DNA of 64,000 bases from Octopus sinensis (lineage: Eukaryota), in the NCBI RefSeq assembly GCF_006345805.1, contig NC_042998.1, positions 99,448,001 through 99,512,000 of the forward strand. Direction: 5' to 3'. Each line of letters opens with the position of its first letter. Positions within the stretch are counted from its first letter, which is position 1. Below are positions 24,540-36,992 of this stretch, in pieces. The notes beneath the pieces are model-generated. The model had not been told where the DNA came from. It saw only the letters and a list, made by a program, of their open reading frames with translations, and searched no databases. The position numbers were made by a program, and so were the translations under genes.

Positions 24540-26770
24540 TAAAAAGCACCATTCGAGCGTGATTGTTACCAGTGTCGCCTTACTGGCACATGAAAAAACA
24601 TTTGAGTGAGGTTGCCAGTGCCACTGGACTGGCTCCTGTGCAGGTGGTATTCTCTGTAAATGCACAAAAACCATTTGAGCATGGCCGTTGCCAGTACTAC
24701 CCTACTGGCACGTAAAAGCACCCACTACACTCTTGGAGTAGTTGGCGTTAGGAATAGCATCCAGCTGTAGAAACTCTGCCAGATGAGATTGGAGCCTGGT
24801 GCAGCCATCTGGTTCACCAGTCCTTAATCAAATCATCCAACCCGTGCTAGCATGGAAAGTGGATGTTAAATGATGATGATGATATACTCTTAGTAACACC
24901 ATAATCCTGTGAAGCATCCTGGAATAAAACCAAAAACTATGCTTAGAAACTGGGATTTGTCCTGTTACTTGTATGATTTGGGAGCATCAGCTCAGACTGG
25001 TCATGTTGCTTGATTTTCCAAGTTAGATCCTGCATGTTGTGTTCTCTTCTGTGAGGACCCAGCTAGGGTGACTATTGGAGTCCATTAATCACAAGCCACA
25101 TGGTCACAGTGGATGAGGAAGTGTTTTGCAGAGATGGGGACTGACTGGGACACTGTTTGGAGGGTTGCCCAGGATGACCCAAGCAAATACTAAGAAATGG
25201 TGGATGAAATGGTGCATGCCACCATACCTAACCTGACACACTTAGTAACGGAGACAATCATCAAGTGACTAATTGTGGTAAAAATGGCATCAGAGACAAT
25301 CTTAAGGTTTTAATTGATTAAATACATAATGCATTAGGGATTTAGTCTGATTCTTAGTTGTACAGTGACATCTTCAGGCATAATTTAAACTTATCAGTAC
25401 TCATCAGCAAAGTATAGCCAAACTATTATTAAATTTACTCTAGTATTTGATTGGTATTTATTTTATTTATCCAAGAAAATTTGAAAGCAAGGTTGAGATG
25501 ACAGAGGACTAAGATATGTGGTATATTGCTGTACTTAAGAAGACCTGCCCCACCAAAATAGAACTGAGATCCTAAAACCAAGGTGTCACATAAAAGGCAT
25601 TGGTGTGGCTGCTGTTACCATATAAAAAGCACTGGTAATGGTGTCACATAAAAAGCACCATTCGAGCGTGATTGTTACCAGTGTCGCCTTACTGGCACAT
25701 GAAAAAACATTTGAGTGAGGTTGCCAGTGCCACTGGACTGGCTCCTGTGCAGGTGGTATTCTCTGTAAATGCACAAAAACCATTTGAGCATGGCCGTTGC
25801 CAGTACTACCCTACTGGCACGTAAAAGCACCCACTACACTCTTGGAGTAGTTGGCGTTAGGAATAGCATCCAGCTGTAGAAACTCTGCCAGATGAGATTG
25901 GAGCCTGGTGCAGCCATCTGGTTCACCAGTCCTTAATCAAATCATCCAACCCGTGCTAGCATGGAAAGTGGATGTTAAATGATGATGATGATGATATACT
26001 CTTAGTAACACCATAATCCTGTGAAGCATCCTGGAATAAAACCAAAAACTATGCTTAGAAACTGGGATTTGTCCTGTTACTTGTATGATTTGGGAGCATC
26101 AGCTCAGACTGGTCATGTTGCTTGATTTTCCAAGTTAGATCCTGCATGTTGTGTTCTCTTCTGTGAGGACCCAGCTAGGGTGACTATTGGAGTCCATTAA
26201 TCACAAGCCACATGGTCACAGTGGATGAGGAAGTGTTTTGCAGAGATGGGGACTGACTGGGACACTGTTTGGAGGGTTGCCCAGGATGACCCAAGCAAAT
26301 ACTAAGAAATGGTGGATGAAATGGTGCATGCCACCATACCTAACCTGACACACTTAGTAACGGAGACAATCATCAAGTGACTAATTGTGGTAAAAATGGC
26401 ATCAGAGACAATCTTAAGGTTTTAATTGATTAAATACATAATGCATTAGGGATTTAGTCTGATTCTTAGTTGTACAGTGACATCTTCAGGCATAATTTAA
26501 ACTTATCAGTACTCATCAGCAAAGTATAGCCAAACTATTATTAAATTACTCTAGTATTTGATTGGTATTTATTTTATTTATCCAAGAAAATTTGAAAGCA
26601 AGGTTGAGATGACAGAGGACTAAGATATGTGGTATATTGCTGTACTTAAGAAGACCTGCCCCACCAAAATAGAACTGAGATCCTAAAACCAAGGTGTCAC
26701 ATAAAAGGCATTGGTGTGGCTGCTGTTACCATATAAAAAGCACTGGTAATGGTGTCACATAAAAAGCACC
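24540..26770. repeat. Near-identical 1.11-kb tandem duplication
   Basis: 24540-25649 matches 25650-26770; the differences I noted are a GAT-repeat length change and 1-nt homopolymer indels. Confidence 0.95.
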
Positions 26771-27089
26771 CAGTACACTCTGTAAAGCAGTTGGCATTAG
26801 GAAGAGCATCCAGTTGTAGAAACCAAGTCAAAACTGACTATGGAACCTGATATGGCTAGATCTTGTCAAGCCAGCATGGAAAATGGACATTTGATAATGA
26901 TAAAAGTTAGTCTTGATGGGATTTGAACTCAGAACATAAAAGGAATTAATTAAATACTGCAAGACATCTTGTTTTATAAACTGTTTAAAGATTTAGCCAA
27001 GAGGAAGGCGCTGCAGTCATAATATTTGCAGGCCCTCTGTGGCTGGTGAGACAGAATCAATTAACATTCATCTTAAACAACTTGATGTC

Positions 27090-30000
27090 CCAGGAAGAAC
27101 ATCAGTATGGAGGAAATCACAAAAAAGTGGTTTGTGCAAGATCTAGGATACAATAAGGATGACAAGAGATGCGACAATGTTGGCATAAGTTGGTCAGTAA
27201 ATATAGGCAAGAGAGGAATTCCACGAGAAGTGGAATATTTTTCCAACTTCAGCTATGAAATTTTTCTGTTATCAAGGAACATTCTGTAGGCTGAGAACAA
27301 CTTTTGCAATGAAGATATGACATTTGGACCACTATCTGATTAGTGACTTCAGGCTTAAGGCCAGAAAGATCCAGAGACACAAGCCAATATGATAAAGAAG
27401 GCTGTGGAAGCTCAAGGATCCTTTAAACAGGCAGAAATTTAGAGATGTCCTTAATGAGGCTTTTGATAAAAAGGAGGGAGAGATAGAGACATATGACAAA
27501 GTGGACAACTGGAAGTTCCTACAGGACAATCTACTAAGGGCAACAGACCAAATTTGTGGTTGGAGCAAAGCCTTCGCTAGACCAAGAGTGATGTAATGGT
27601 GGAACAGTGATGCTGACATGGTCATAAAAAAGAAGAGACAGGTCTGGAAAGAATGGAAAAAAGCAGGTAGCAAAGAATCATAGCAGAAGGCTAAAAGGGA
27701 GGCTAGACATCAGGTTTAGCAAGCTAGGATAGAAGCAGAAAAGAAAGGGTTTGCCAAAGTCTACAGTTTGAAGATCAGAGACTTGAAGTGTTCCAGATTG
27801 CTAGACAACTGGGTGACAGATTGTGCGACTGCCGAGCAGCAATCCGAGACAAGGAGTAAGATGATGCTTGTTGCGGCAGTGATGCAGTGACACCTGGAGT
27901 TGAAGCCATGGTTCTGTCCAGGGCGGGACAGATGGCATTGCTCTGTTTCAGTGACGCCGTGTCGCCTGTGGTGGATTGGGAAGCGACGACTAGCCCATCC
28001 GCCGTGCTGGCAGCGATGCAACATGAAGTCAGTGGCGTAACCTGACTGGGTCCTCGACTGCGAGGAGAAAACGACGATCACCCTCTGTGCATTGGGCTGA
28101 CGGGTGGAAGAAGCGAAGAGCGGGTGGCCATGATGGCGATGGTGGCAGCAGCGAGAGCGCAAGGCACGTGCTGCTTGCAGTAGTGACGTGCCGACATCAT
28201 CCGCAGATGCCTGGTGGAAGCGGCATGCTGGGTGGAAAAGGACGTTGAGTCGGGGCTGGGGGGTGGGGAGCAGTGGTGAGAAAGGCATAAGAAAGAGAAA
28301 AAAAAACCCGTGATCGACCATGGAAAGCACGTGCAATGAGGTTGTCCTGGCTCTGCGAGCAAAAGTGTATGGGCGCACGGCGTGTAGTGGGTGCTTTTAT
28401 GTACCACTGGCACAAGGGCCAATCAGGCAGTACTGGCAATAGCCACACTCAAATGGTGCTTTTTACGTGTCAACTACTGCTAGACAATGTGTCAGTGAGA
28501 ATCAAGATACTGTATGAGAGAAGTGTGCATAGCTGGATAATAGTATGCTTGCAGTAAGTGATGTGGACAAGAGGAGTGGAAAGATAACTGTGAGACTGTT
28601 GAATGTAGAGAATTAATGGGACAAGGAAAGTCTCCCTCATGTGAACCCACCAGAGGGATCAGCTATCCTAGTGGACAGTGGTGTCGTAGATAAGGCTATT
28701 AAAACCTGAAAAAAAACAGGAAAACCCCATGTCCATCCAGAATCAGAGCCAAGATGCTCAAAGTATCAGATAAGGTAGGATACAGGCTAGTCACCTGCAT
28801 AGTAAATCATGTCATTCAGGAAGGTGTAATGCCCAAGGACTGGTGTAGCAGTATTACTGTTGGCTGCTACAAGGATAAGGGTGGTGTTTTTGATAGAAGC
28901 AATTATAGAGGCATCAAATTCCTGGACCAGGTGATGAAAATTACAGAGTTATAGCCCAATTAATTAGGAGCAGAATTAAGCTAGACACAATGCAGTTTGT
29001 CTTCATCAAGGGAAGCGGCACTACCAAAGCTATTTTCATAGTTAGGCAACTGCAAGAGAAGTACTTAGCTAAGAATAAACTATTATACTTGTTCTTGACA
29101 TTTGTTGATCTAGAGAAAGCCTTCAACTGTGTGATATGGTGGACTCTGAGAAGGCTTGGGATAGATGAGTGGCTAGTGAAAGCTGTACAGGCTATGTACA
29201 AAGATGCTGTCAGTAAGGGGAAAGTTAACCTTAAGTACAGCGAAGAATTTAGTATACAAGTAGGGATTTATCAAGGTTCAGTCCTTAGTCCCCTCCTTTT
29301 CATCATTGTCCTCCAGGCCATAAAAACCAATGATGATATTACTATCATTTAAAGTCTGTTGTCCATGCTGGCATAAGTTGGATGGTTGTGCTTTTATATC
29401 AATGAATTACTAAATAACAGACTTTCCAAATGGATTGAGTGAATAATTGATAATGACTTCTTCACTGCATGAATAATGATATTTTCACCTTTCTTTTCCA
29501 TATTTTCCTCTTCATAGTCTTAATAGTATTAACATTTCAGACAAGGCAGCATGCTGGAAGAAATGTTAGCACACCAGGCAAAATGCTTAGCGGTATTTCA
29601 TCTGCTGTTATTCCACTGAGGCCAACTTTGCCTTTAATCCCTTTGGGGTCGATAAATTAAGTACCAGTTATGCACTGGGGTCGATGTAATCGACTTAATC
29701 CCTTTGTCTGTCCACGTTTGTCCCCTCCATGTTTAGCCCCTTGTGGGCAATAAAGAAATAAGAAACATTAGTACGCCTGGTGAAATGCTTAGCATTATTT
29801 TATCTGTCTTGACATTCTGAGTTAAAATTCCATTGAGGTTGACTTTGTCTTTCATCATTTTGGGGTCGATAAATTAAGTACCAGTTATGTACTGGGTCAA
29901 TCTAATTGACTGGTCCCCTCCTCCAAAATTTCAGGTCTTGTGCCTAGAGTAGAAAAGATTAAAATTTCAGACAAGTATATGTATTACGATGTCATACACT

Positions 30001-30655
30001 AACAGTGGAGAGAACCTGTGGAAGAGGTAAACCCAGGAAGACCTGGGACAAGGTGGTGAAGCATGACCTTCGAATGTTGGGCTTCATGGAGGCAAAGACA
30101 AGCGACTGAGACCTTTGGAGATATGCTGTGCTTGAGAAGACCTGGCAAGCCGAGTGAGATCGTAGCTGATGCCTGTGTTGCATAACTGTCCCACTTAAAA
30201 ACACCTTTTAATTGTTGGGCAATATGCTGTGCTTGAGAAAACCTGTTGAGTCAAGTGAAGCTGTTGTTATGGCTGATGCCAGTGCCGCCTGACTGGTACC
30301 TGTGCTGATGGCATGTAAAAAGCACCATTCGAGCCTGGTCAATGCCAGTACTGCCTGACTAGCTCTCATGCCAGTGGCACGTAAAAAGCAGCATTTGAGC
30401 ATGGTTGATGCTAGCACCATCTGACTGGCCCCTGTGCTGGTGGCACGTAAAAAGCACCCACTACACTCTTGGAACGGTTGGCGTTAGGAAGGGCATCCAG
30501 CTGTAGAAATCTTGCTGGTTCAGATTGGAGCCTGGTGCAGCCTCCTGGCTTGCCATCATCATCATCATCATCATCGTTTAATGTCTGTTTTCCATGTCTT
30601 CAGTCAAACTGTCCAACCTATGCCAGCATGGAAAGCAGACGTTAAACGATGATAA
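27090..30655 (+). mobile_element. Old RTE LINE interrupted by nested inserts
   Basis: EN/RT linker fragment 27090-27830; RT fragments 28490-29320 (ORFs 28754, 28990); 3' end 29990-30655; SINEs and a GC-rich insert lie between. Confidence 0.75.
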
Positions 30656-31246
30656 AATTTCTTTATCAGACAAGTATTCGGGATCTAGACTTTATTGTTC
30701 ATAAATAAGAATGAAAAATATAGAAATTTACTGAGAGAATATAGCAACAAGAACAAGATATATTAAAAAAAAAAATATCCATAAAAGTGGCATTAATACA
30801 AACGTCAATGGGTTATCCCTGATTTTTTATAGTATATAAACTCAGTGTCTCTAGGATAGTAACAAGGCAACAGTAAGGTAGTAGACTTGTTTGACTGTCT
30901 CTCCTCTATAAAAAAATTGAACTTGCACCAAAATGAAAGTAACAAATTAAATCACTAGATAAAATTGGAAAAAAATAAAATTTAAGAGGAAATCAGAGGT
31001 ATTGGGTTTTTGTTTTAAAAACAAGCATTTTACAAGGTTGAGTTCTTTTATGCAATTGTTTACATTTGTACTTGTTTATGCTTTTTTTCCATAATTTTAT
31101 CTTTGAATCTTTTCAGCAAGAATTTTAGAATTTTTTTCAATTTGAATCTGTCTTTTTTTTTTGATCTTGACAAAGCAACTTCCTTCTTTTCAGAATTAAT
31201 ATGATATACATCTTCATGAGTTAAAGGTGTAGCAAGATTTATGCTT

Positions 31247-31862
31247 TTATCGTATAGTTGAGTTCTCATTTATCTCAAGAAGCAATAATTTATTCTTTCT
31301 ACACACCTTAGAAACAAATCTGTCAATCTCTCTCTGGATAATTTTATTTGGTTTATTAATAGATATTTTTTGAACTATCATATTATCTCCACTTTCTGAG
31401 TGTTTATTTAGTGTATCCACTGGAGCATTCTGTGTTGCAATTTGAATATATGATGAACTAGGTGATGTATTGTTTAATAGTTGTTGAGCATCTAAACATT
31501 TCTGTGTAACATTATCTTGCAAGTTTAAAATTATTCCTTTTGTTGTACTAACTGGATGAAGTGTCTTTGAATTAGATTCAGAACAATTTTGGTTCAATGG
31601 CTCTATGTCAGACCAAGTAAAAGGAGACTTCATCTCTTTATCTATATTGAATTCTGCATTGCTTTGAAGCTCAAGCATATTCTGGTGGAATAATTTTAAT
31701 AAAGCTAACCGTTTTTTTACATCAAATTTTTGTTCTAAGCGCAGACAAGAATATTGTTCAACTAACTGCTTCAACAGTATTCTGAAATCTTCGTTAGTTT
31801 TTTGGCATAACTGGAAAATATCACCCTTTGAGGGGCTGCTACATATCTCTGAAGAATTGACC
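31247..31862 (-). CDS. Unrecognised gene, terminal exon (possible frameshifted extension to 31060)
   Basis: ttttcttttcatacag|G-VNSSEICSSPSKGDIFQLCQK...EINENSTIR*; phase matches exon 2; total CDS 873 nt = 290 aa + stop; AATAAA on minus strand at 30691-30696. Confidence 0.8.
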
Positions 31863-32769
31863 CTGTATGAAAAGAAAAAAAAAAGAAGTCATTAGTCTGT
31901 AGAAACTTTTGAAAAATACAAGCAAATAATTATTAGAAGAGTGGTTATGAGTAAATTACTTCACATGAAAAAATATTTCTTAAAATATCTGAAACTTGCC
32001 CTTTCAGATGGGTTTCTTTTAGCTTATACATTCTATTCTTGGTGAGGGTACATGGCCTAGTGTTCAGGGTGTTGCACTCATGATTGCAGGATTGTGGTTT
32101 CAATTCCTGGACAAGGTGGTGCATTGTTTTCTTGAACAAAACATTTATCTCACATTGCTCTGTGATCGCTTCAACACCTGATGTGTGGTATACTGTGCAC
32201 CTGTTCAAGCAACATTGGTTTGATGGAGGAAGTGAGCTAACATACAGCTCATACATTTGATCATCATCGTTTAACGTCTGCTTTCCATGCTGGCATGGGT
32301 TGGACGATTTGATTGAGGACTGGCAAACCAGATGGCTGCACCAGGCTCCAGTCTTGATCTGGCAGAGTTTCTACAGCTGGATGCCCTTCCTAACGCCAAC
32401 CACTCCGAGAGTGTAGTGGGTGCTTTTAATGCCACCGGCACGAGGGCCAGTCACGTGGTACTGGCAGCAGCCACGCTCAAATGGTGTTAGTGACTAAGAT
32501 GTATGCTGATGATGGTAGTCTCTTGTACTTCAAAAAAAGACCATTCTGCTGTTTCTTGCTGAACAACCTGCACAAATGATTTGTTTATTGTGATCAAATG
32601 TATGAGCTGTATATTAGCTCACTTCCTCCATAAAACCGATGTTGCCTAAACAGGTGCACAATGTACCACACATCAGGTGTTAAAGTGATCGCAGAGCAAT
32701 GTGAGATGTGTTTTGCTCAAGAACACAATATACCTCTTGGTCTAGGAATTGAAAGCACAAACATTAATC

Positions 32770-33065
32770 AGCATATACTGAGGATGAAGAACTCAGCGCT
32801 GTACAAGAACCTTCCAATAGTTAGCTCGAAAATAACATAGAGGAGACTGAGGTTAGCTGGACATGCTCACCATCATTCAGAGTTGGTACTGCACTCAGTG
32901 CTTCTGTGGGAGCCCCTACATGGACACACTAGAAGAGGAAGCCCGAGGATGACTTACGTAATGCCCTAAGGATAGATACTGGTCTCTGGGAGACACAGGA
33001 CAAGGCAGTGATGATGAGGAACATAGACTGCTGGAGAGAACTTGTTCATGGATCTCGGGAATTTT
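32770..33065 (+). mobile_element. 3' fragment of a non-LTR retrotransposon
   Basis: RRLRLAGHAHHHSELVLHSVLLWEPLHGHTRRGSPRMTY, a LINE C-terminal motif. Confidence 0.7.
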
Positions 33066-34202
33066 ACCTGCACTAGATAGATATTTCTTCTGATTTTAGC
33101 ATAAATTCTCTGATCAAATATTTATGATTAAGATTGACTTCAAATTTAGTTGATATTTTTACTATCCATTATATTACCTTATGTAGGTATGTGTATAGAA
33201 AGTTCAATGGAATGTGAATGCTGCAATTTGTGCATTTATCTAAGCTCCAAATATATGTCTAACTGGGATTAGAATATCTTGTGAGCTGGAGTTGCATTTA
33301 TATATCCCCATTGTTGTAATGTTCACTTTTTCATGTATGCATGGGTCAGACAGAATTTGTCAAACCAGATTTTCTATGATTGGATGCATTTCCTGTTACC
33401 AACCTTCATATGTTTTCAAGCAAGGTTAATATTTCCTCATGGCCAAACGGGTTTCCATGGAAGACTGGAAAACAAACAACACCATTTCGTTGATAATGAT
33501 GCTTGTTTTACAACTATCACATGATGTCAAGACAAGTAGACAGAAACACACACACACATATATGCATACATATACAACAGGCCTCATTTAGTTTCTCTCA
33601 ACCAAATCTACTCACATGACTTTCTTTGGCATTGGAGTATAGCAGAAGACACTTGTTCAAAATGCCATGCAGTGGGACTGAATCCAAAGCTATATGCTTG
33701 GGATATCAAGACTTCCTAACCAGAGTCATATCCGCACCTATGAGTTTGTGTGTGTGTGTGCGCGCGCGTCAGTAGTTCATATATCCAAAAAGGAAGCACA
33801 CTCTAACACATTAGAGCAGTAGTATATTTAGTAGGTTGTTTGTTAAATGCAGTCAGAGAGAGACCATTCGTTTAGCTTAACTGTATAGGTGACTTGTCAG
33901 ACCCAAATGGTTGAAAGTACATCTGATGAGTTGCCTATACAGCTAAGTGCAAAACCAATGGCCATAACAGACAACCTTTAAAATATATATATATACTGTT
34001 TATTTGTTGGTTAACAAGGTTACCAATGATTTCTTGTGAAGAGATCTTCACAGTTGTTCAAGTGTTGGTACTTATTTCCATTTCGGAAATGAGTACCAAC
34101 ATGTTCATGTGCACAATAACACAAAAGAAATTATATTCAAGCCAGCATTGAAAAATGAATGTTAAAAAGTACAAGAAAAGTTTTAAAAAATAGGAAACTT
34201 AC

Positions 34203-34457
34203 TTGGAATATAATTTAATAAACCAATCAAAATCATGTTCTTTAATATTTTCAAAATTTTTACAACTATGAATTGAGTTTATAGCTGAAAATTGTTTGTG
34301 GAAGTCTTGCAGTTTATTTATTTTACAGTGATCACGACAACTTGAATTCAATTGTGGGTATAAATATTTAATGGTATCAATTACAAATAGGCAGTTAACT
34401 GATGATAATTCAAGTAATCTATACATTGACCAATTTGATAAGGTACTTGGTGATGGC
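34203..34457 (-). CDS. Unrecognised gene, exon 2
   Basis: tttttttgcttattttgcag|G-PSPSTLSNWSMYRLLELSSVNCLF...HDFDWFIKLYS-AA|gtaagt; 255 nt, open in only one frame; phase 2 at both ends. Confidence 0.8.
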
Positions 34458-35332
34458 CTGCAAAATAAGCAAAAAAAATAAGAGTAGTAAAGAATAATTA
34501 CTTACAAAAAACATAATGAAAGTTCTGGTGGCGAATGTCATTTGAACACATTCTCATGCAAATGATTAACACATCAATTTGTAAATAAAAACAGTTAACA
34601 GAGAGTTGTTGCTGTTATCATCATTTTAATGTCTGCTTTCCCATGATTGCATGGGCCACATGAAATTAGTTGAGACAGATTTTCAACAACTGGATGTGTT
34701 TCCTATCACCAACCCTCATCTATTTCCAAGTAAGGTAATTTTTCCCCTTGACTAGACATGTCTCCAAAATGAAGGACACTGCTTGCAACTATCACATGAT
34801 GAAAGGCAAGGAGGCAGTAATACAAACATATATACATAGTCAGTGTATTATACAAACAATTTGGACTGGTATATTTTAATTTTATCACCCTTGAAAGAAT
34901 TATTAAATGCAAAAAGAGTGTAGAGAGCTGGAACAAATATTGCAACACAGTTTGACTTGTGCTCTGAACACTGAACTAATTCATCATTTGAGGAAAACAA
35001 AAATGTGATTGTCATGGCTGGAATGCCTGTTCATTATAGGTCTGCTTGACTAGAATTGACCTGGGGTCAAACAGCAGCTGCTACTACTGCTACTGCTCAT
35101 AGAATCTGCCAATACAATGCATTTACTCTTCATATTCACAAGTGAAAAATTAGAGATCAGAAAGCAAAACTCCCCTAGAGTTATGGTGAAGCCTTTATTG
35201 ATAAGAAGATGCATAATATGGAGTAGATTGGGTAGTGGGGGTCTTCTGTGTTGTAAAGGCATAAGTTTTGTAAGGGTATCTTATATGTGCTGAAACTCAA
35301 ACAACAGTTTGAGGGGTGGTATCTGCATTAGG

Positions 35333-35560
35333 AAGGCGGCGAGCTGGCAGAAACGTTAGCATGCCGAGCGAAATGCTTAGCAGTATTTCGTCTGCTGCTA
35401 CGTTCTGAGTTCAAATTCCGGTTGACTTTGCCTTTCATCCTTTCAGGGTTAATAAATTAAGTACCAGTTACACACTGGGGTCGATGTAATCGACTTAATC
35501 CGTTTGTCTGTCCTTGTTTGTCCCCTCTATGTTTAGCCCCTTGTGGGTAATAAAGAAACA
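35333..35560 (+). mobile_element. tRNA-derived SINE, well-preserved copy
   Basis: aggcggcgagctggcagaaacgttagc...gttcaaattcc...gttgactttgcctttcatcc...taaagaaa. Confidence 0.85.
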
Positions 35561-36945
35561 GGTATCTGCATTAGGTAAAAAGAGGAAACTATTCAACAAC
35601 CAATTTCTTAGGTACCCTACGACCTAAGTACATTTTAGTGCTCATCTGACTTTTTTTTTTACATAATCTTTCTAATAATGGATATATTTTAGTGGAATTT
35701 TTAAATGAATGTTTCCTGAATACATTTTCAAAGGTGTAGATGATGAAAATTTTGATTGATAATTTTTTTATTATTTTTTTTCATATTTTCTTTTACATGG
35801 AAAAGAAGTTTATACTTTTAAAACCATCCTACTACTTGGCTCTTGATCATTGCACAACTTAAAAATTGATATTATTATCCTGATCAATATGAAAGTGAAA
35901 GGCATGCAGTGCATAGCCTTAGTAGGACATAACTATGGTTTAGTGCCCTCCTATCTCTGTTTTTACCATAACTTTATCTTTTTTTTTATTTACTTGTTTC
36001 AGTAATTAGACTGCAGCCATGCTGGGGCTTTGACTTGAGAATTTTTAGTCAAATGAATTGACTCTAGTACTTTTTTTAAAATCCTGGTACTTATACTATT
36101 GATATCATTTGCTGAGCCACGAAGTTACAGGGACACAAACACAAAATCCATTATGGCTAATCTTACTAATCAGTTTCGCATTAGGAGTTCAATGGAGTGT
36201 TAGCTAACAGTCCAATTATGTAATGCAGCACTCTTCTGAGATGGCAGGTATGAAATGAAATATTAAATGCCAACTCTGAAAAGCACAGGATTACATAATC
36301 AAACTGTTACCTGACACTGTTGAACACCTGGTGTAAAACTGATTGGTAAGATCAAGCGCAATACATAATTACATAATACTGTACACTTCGATAAATATAC
36401 CCACTCTACTAACAGATATAGGAGAGCATTTTTTCCCGACTTATGGATTCTTAGAGGGCTTACACACACTCACATACATACATACATTATACATATATAT
36501 ATATATATAAAGGGCGACATGTAATATCTTAATGTATAACTTTCTTTGATGAAATTATGCTCATAACATATAAATGCAAATTTGAAGCATAAATTTGTAA
36601 TTTACCTATTGAGTACTAATAGAAATGGCTACAAGTAAAGATTACCAATTTTTTAATAATAGATAATTATTATTAACTCTTCATTTTCTTGCTTTCAGTT
36701 AACTGAATGTGAATATAAATATATACATATCATCAGCGTTGGGCCACATGGAGGCAAAGTGGCTTGCATTCCTCACACAAATGGCACCCGTGCCAGTGGC
36801 ACGTAAAAGCACCCATTACACTCTTGGAGTGCTTGATGTCAAGAAGAGCATCCAGCCGTAGAAAGCCATGCCAAATCAGACTGGAGCCTGTTGCAGCCTT
36901 CCAGCATGCTAGCCCAATCAAACCGTCCAACCCATATATATATAT

Positions 36946-36992
<47 letters not shown>

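Noticed and set aside
31945-32256. 103-aa minus-strand ORF
   Set aside because: Antisense reading of a SINE copy in an intron
36280-36330. Possible 17-nt cassette exon (ccag|GTGTTCAACAGTGTCAG|gtaaca) in the orphan gene
   Set aside because: Inclusion shifts exon 2 into a frame with an early stop; no support
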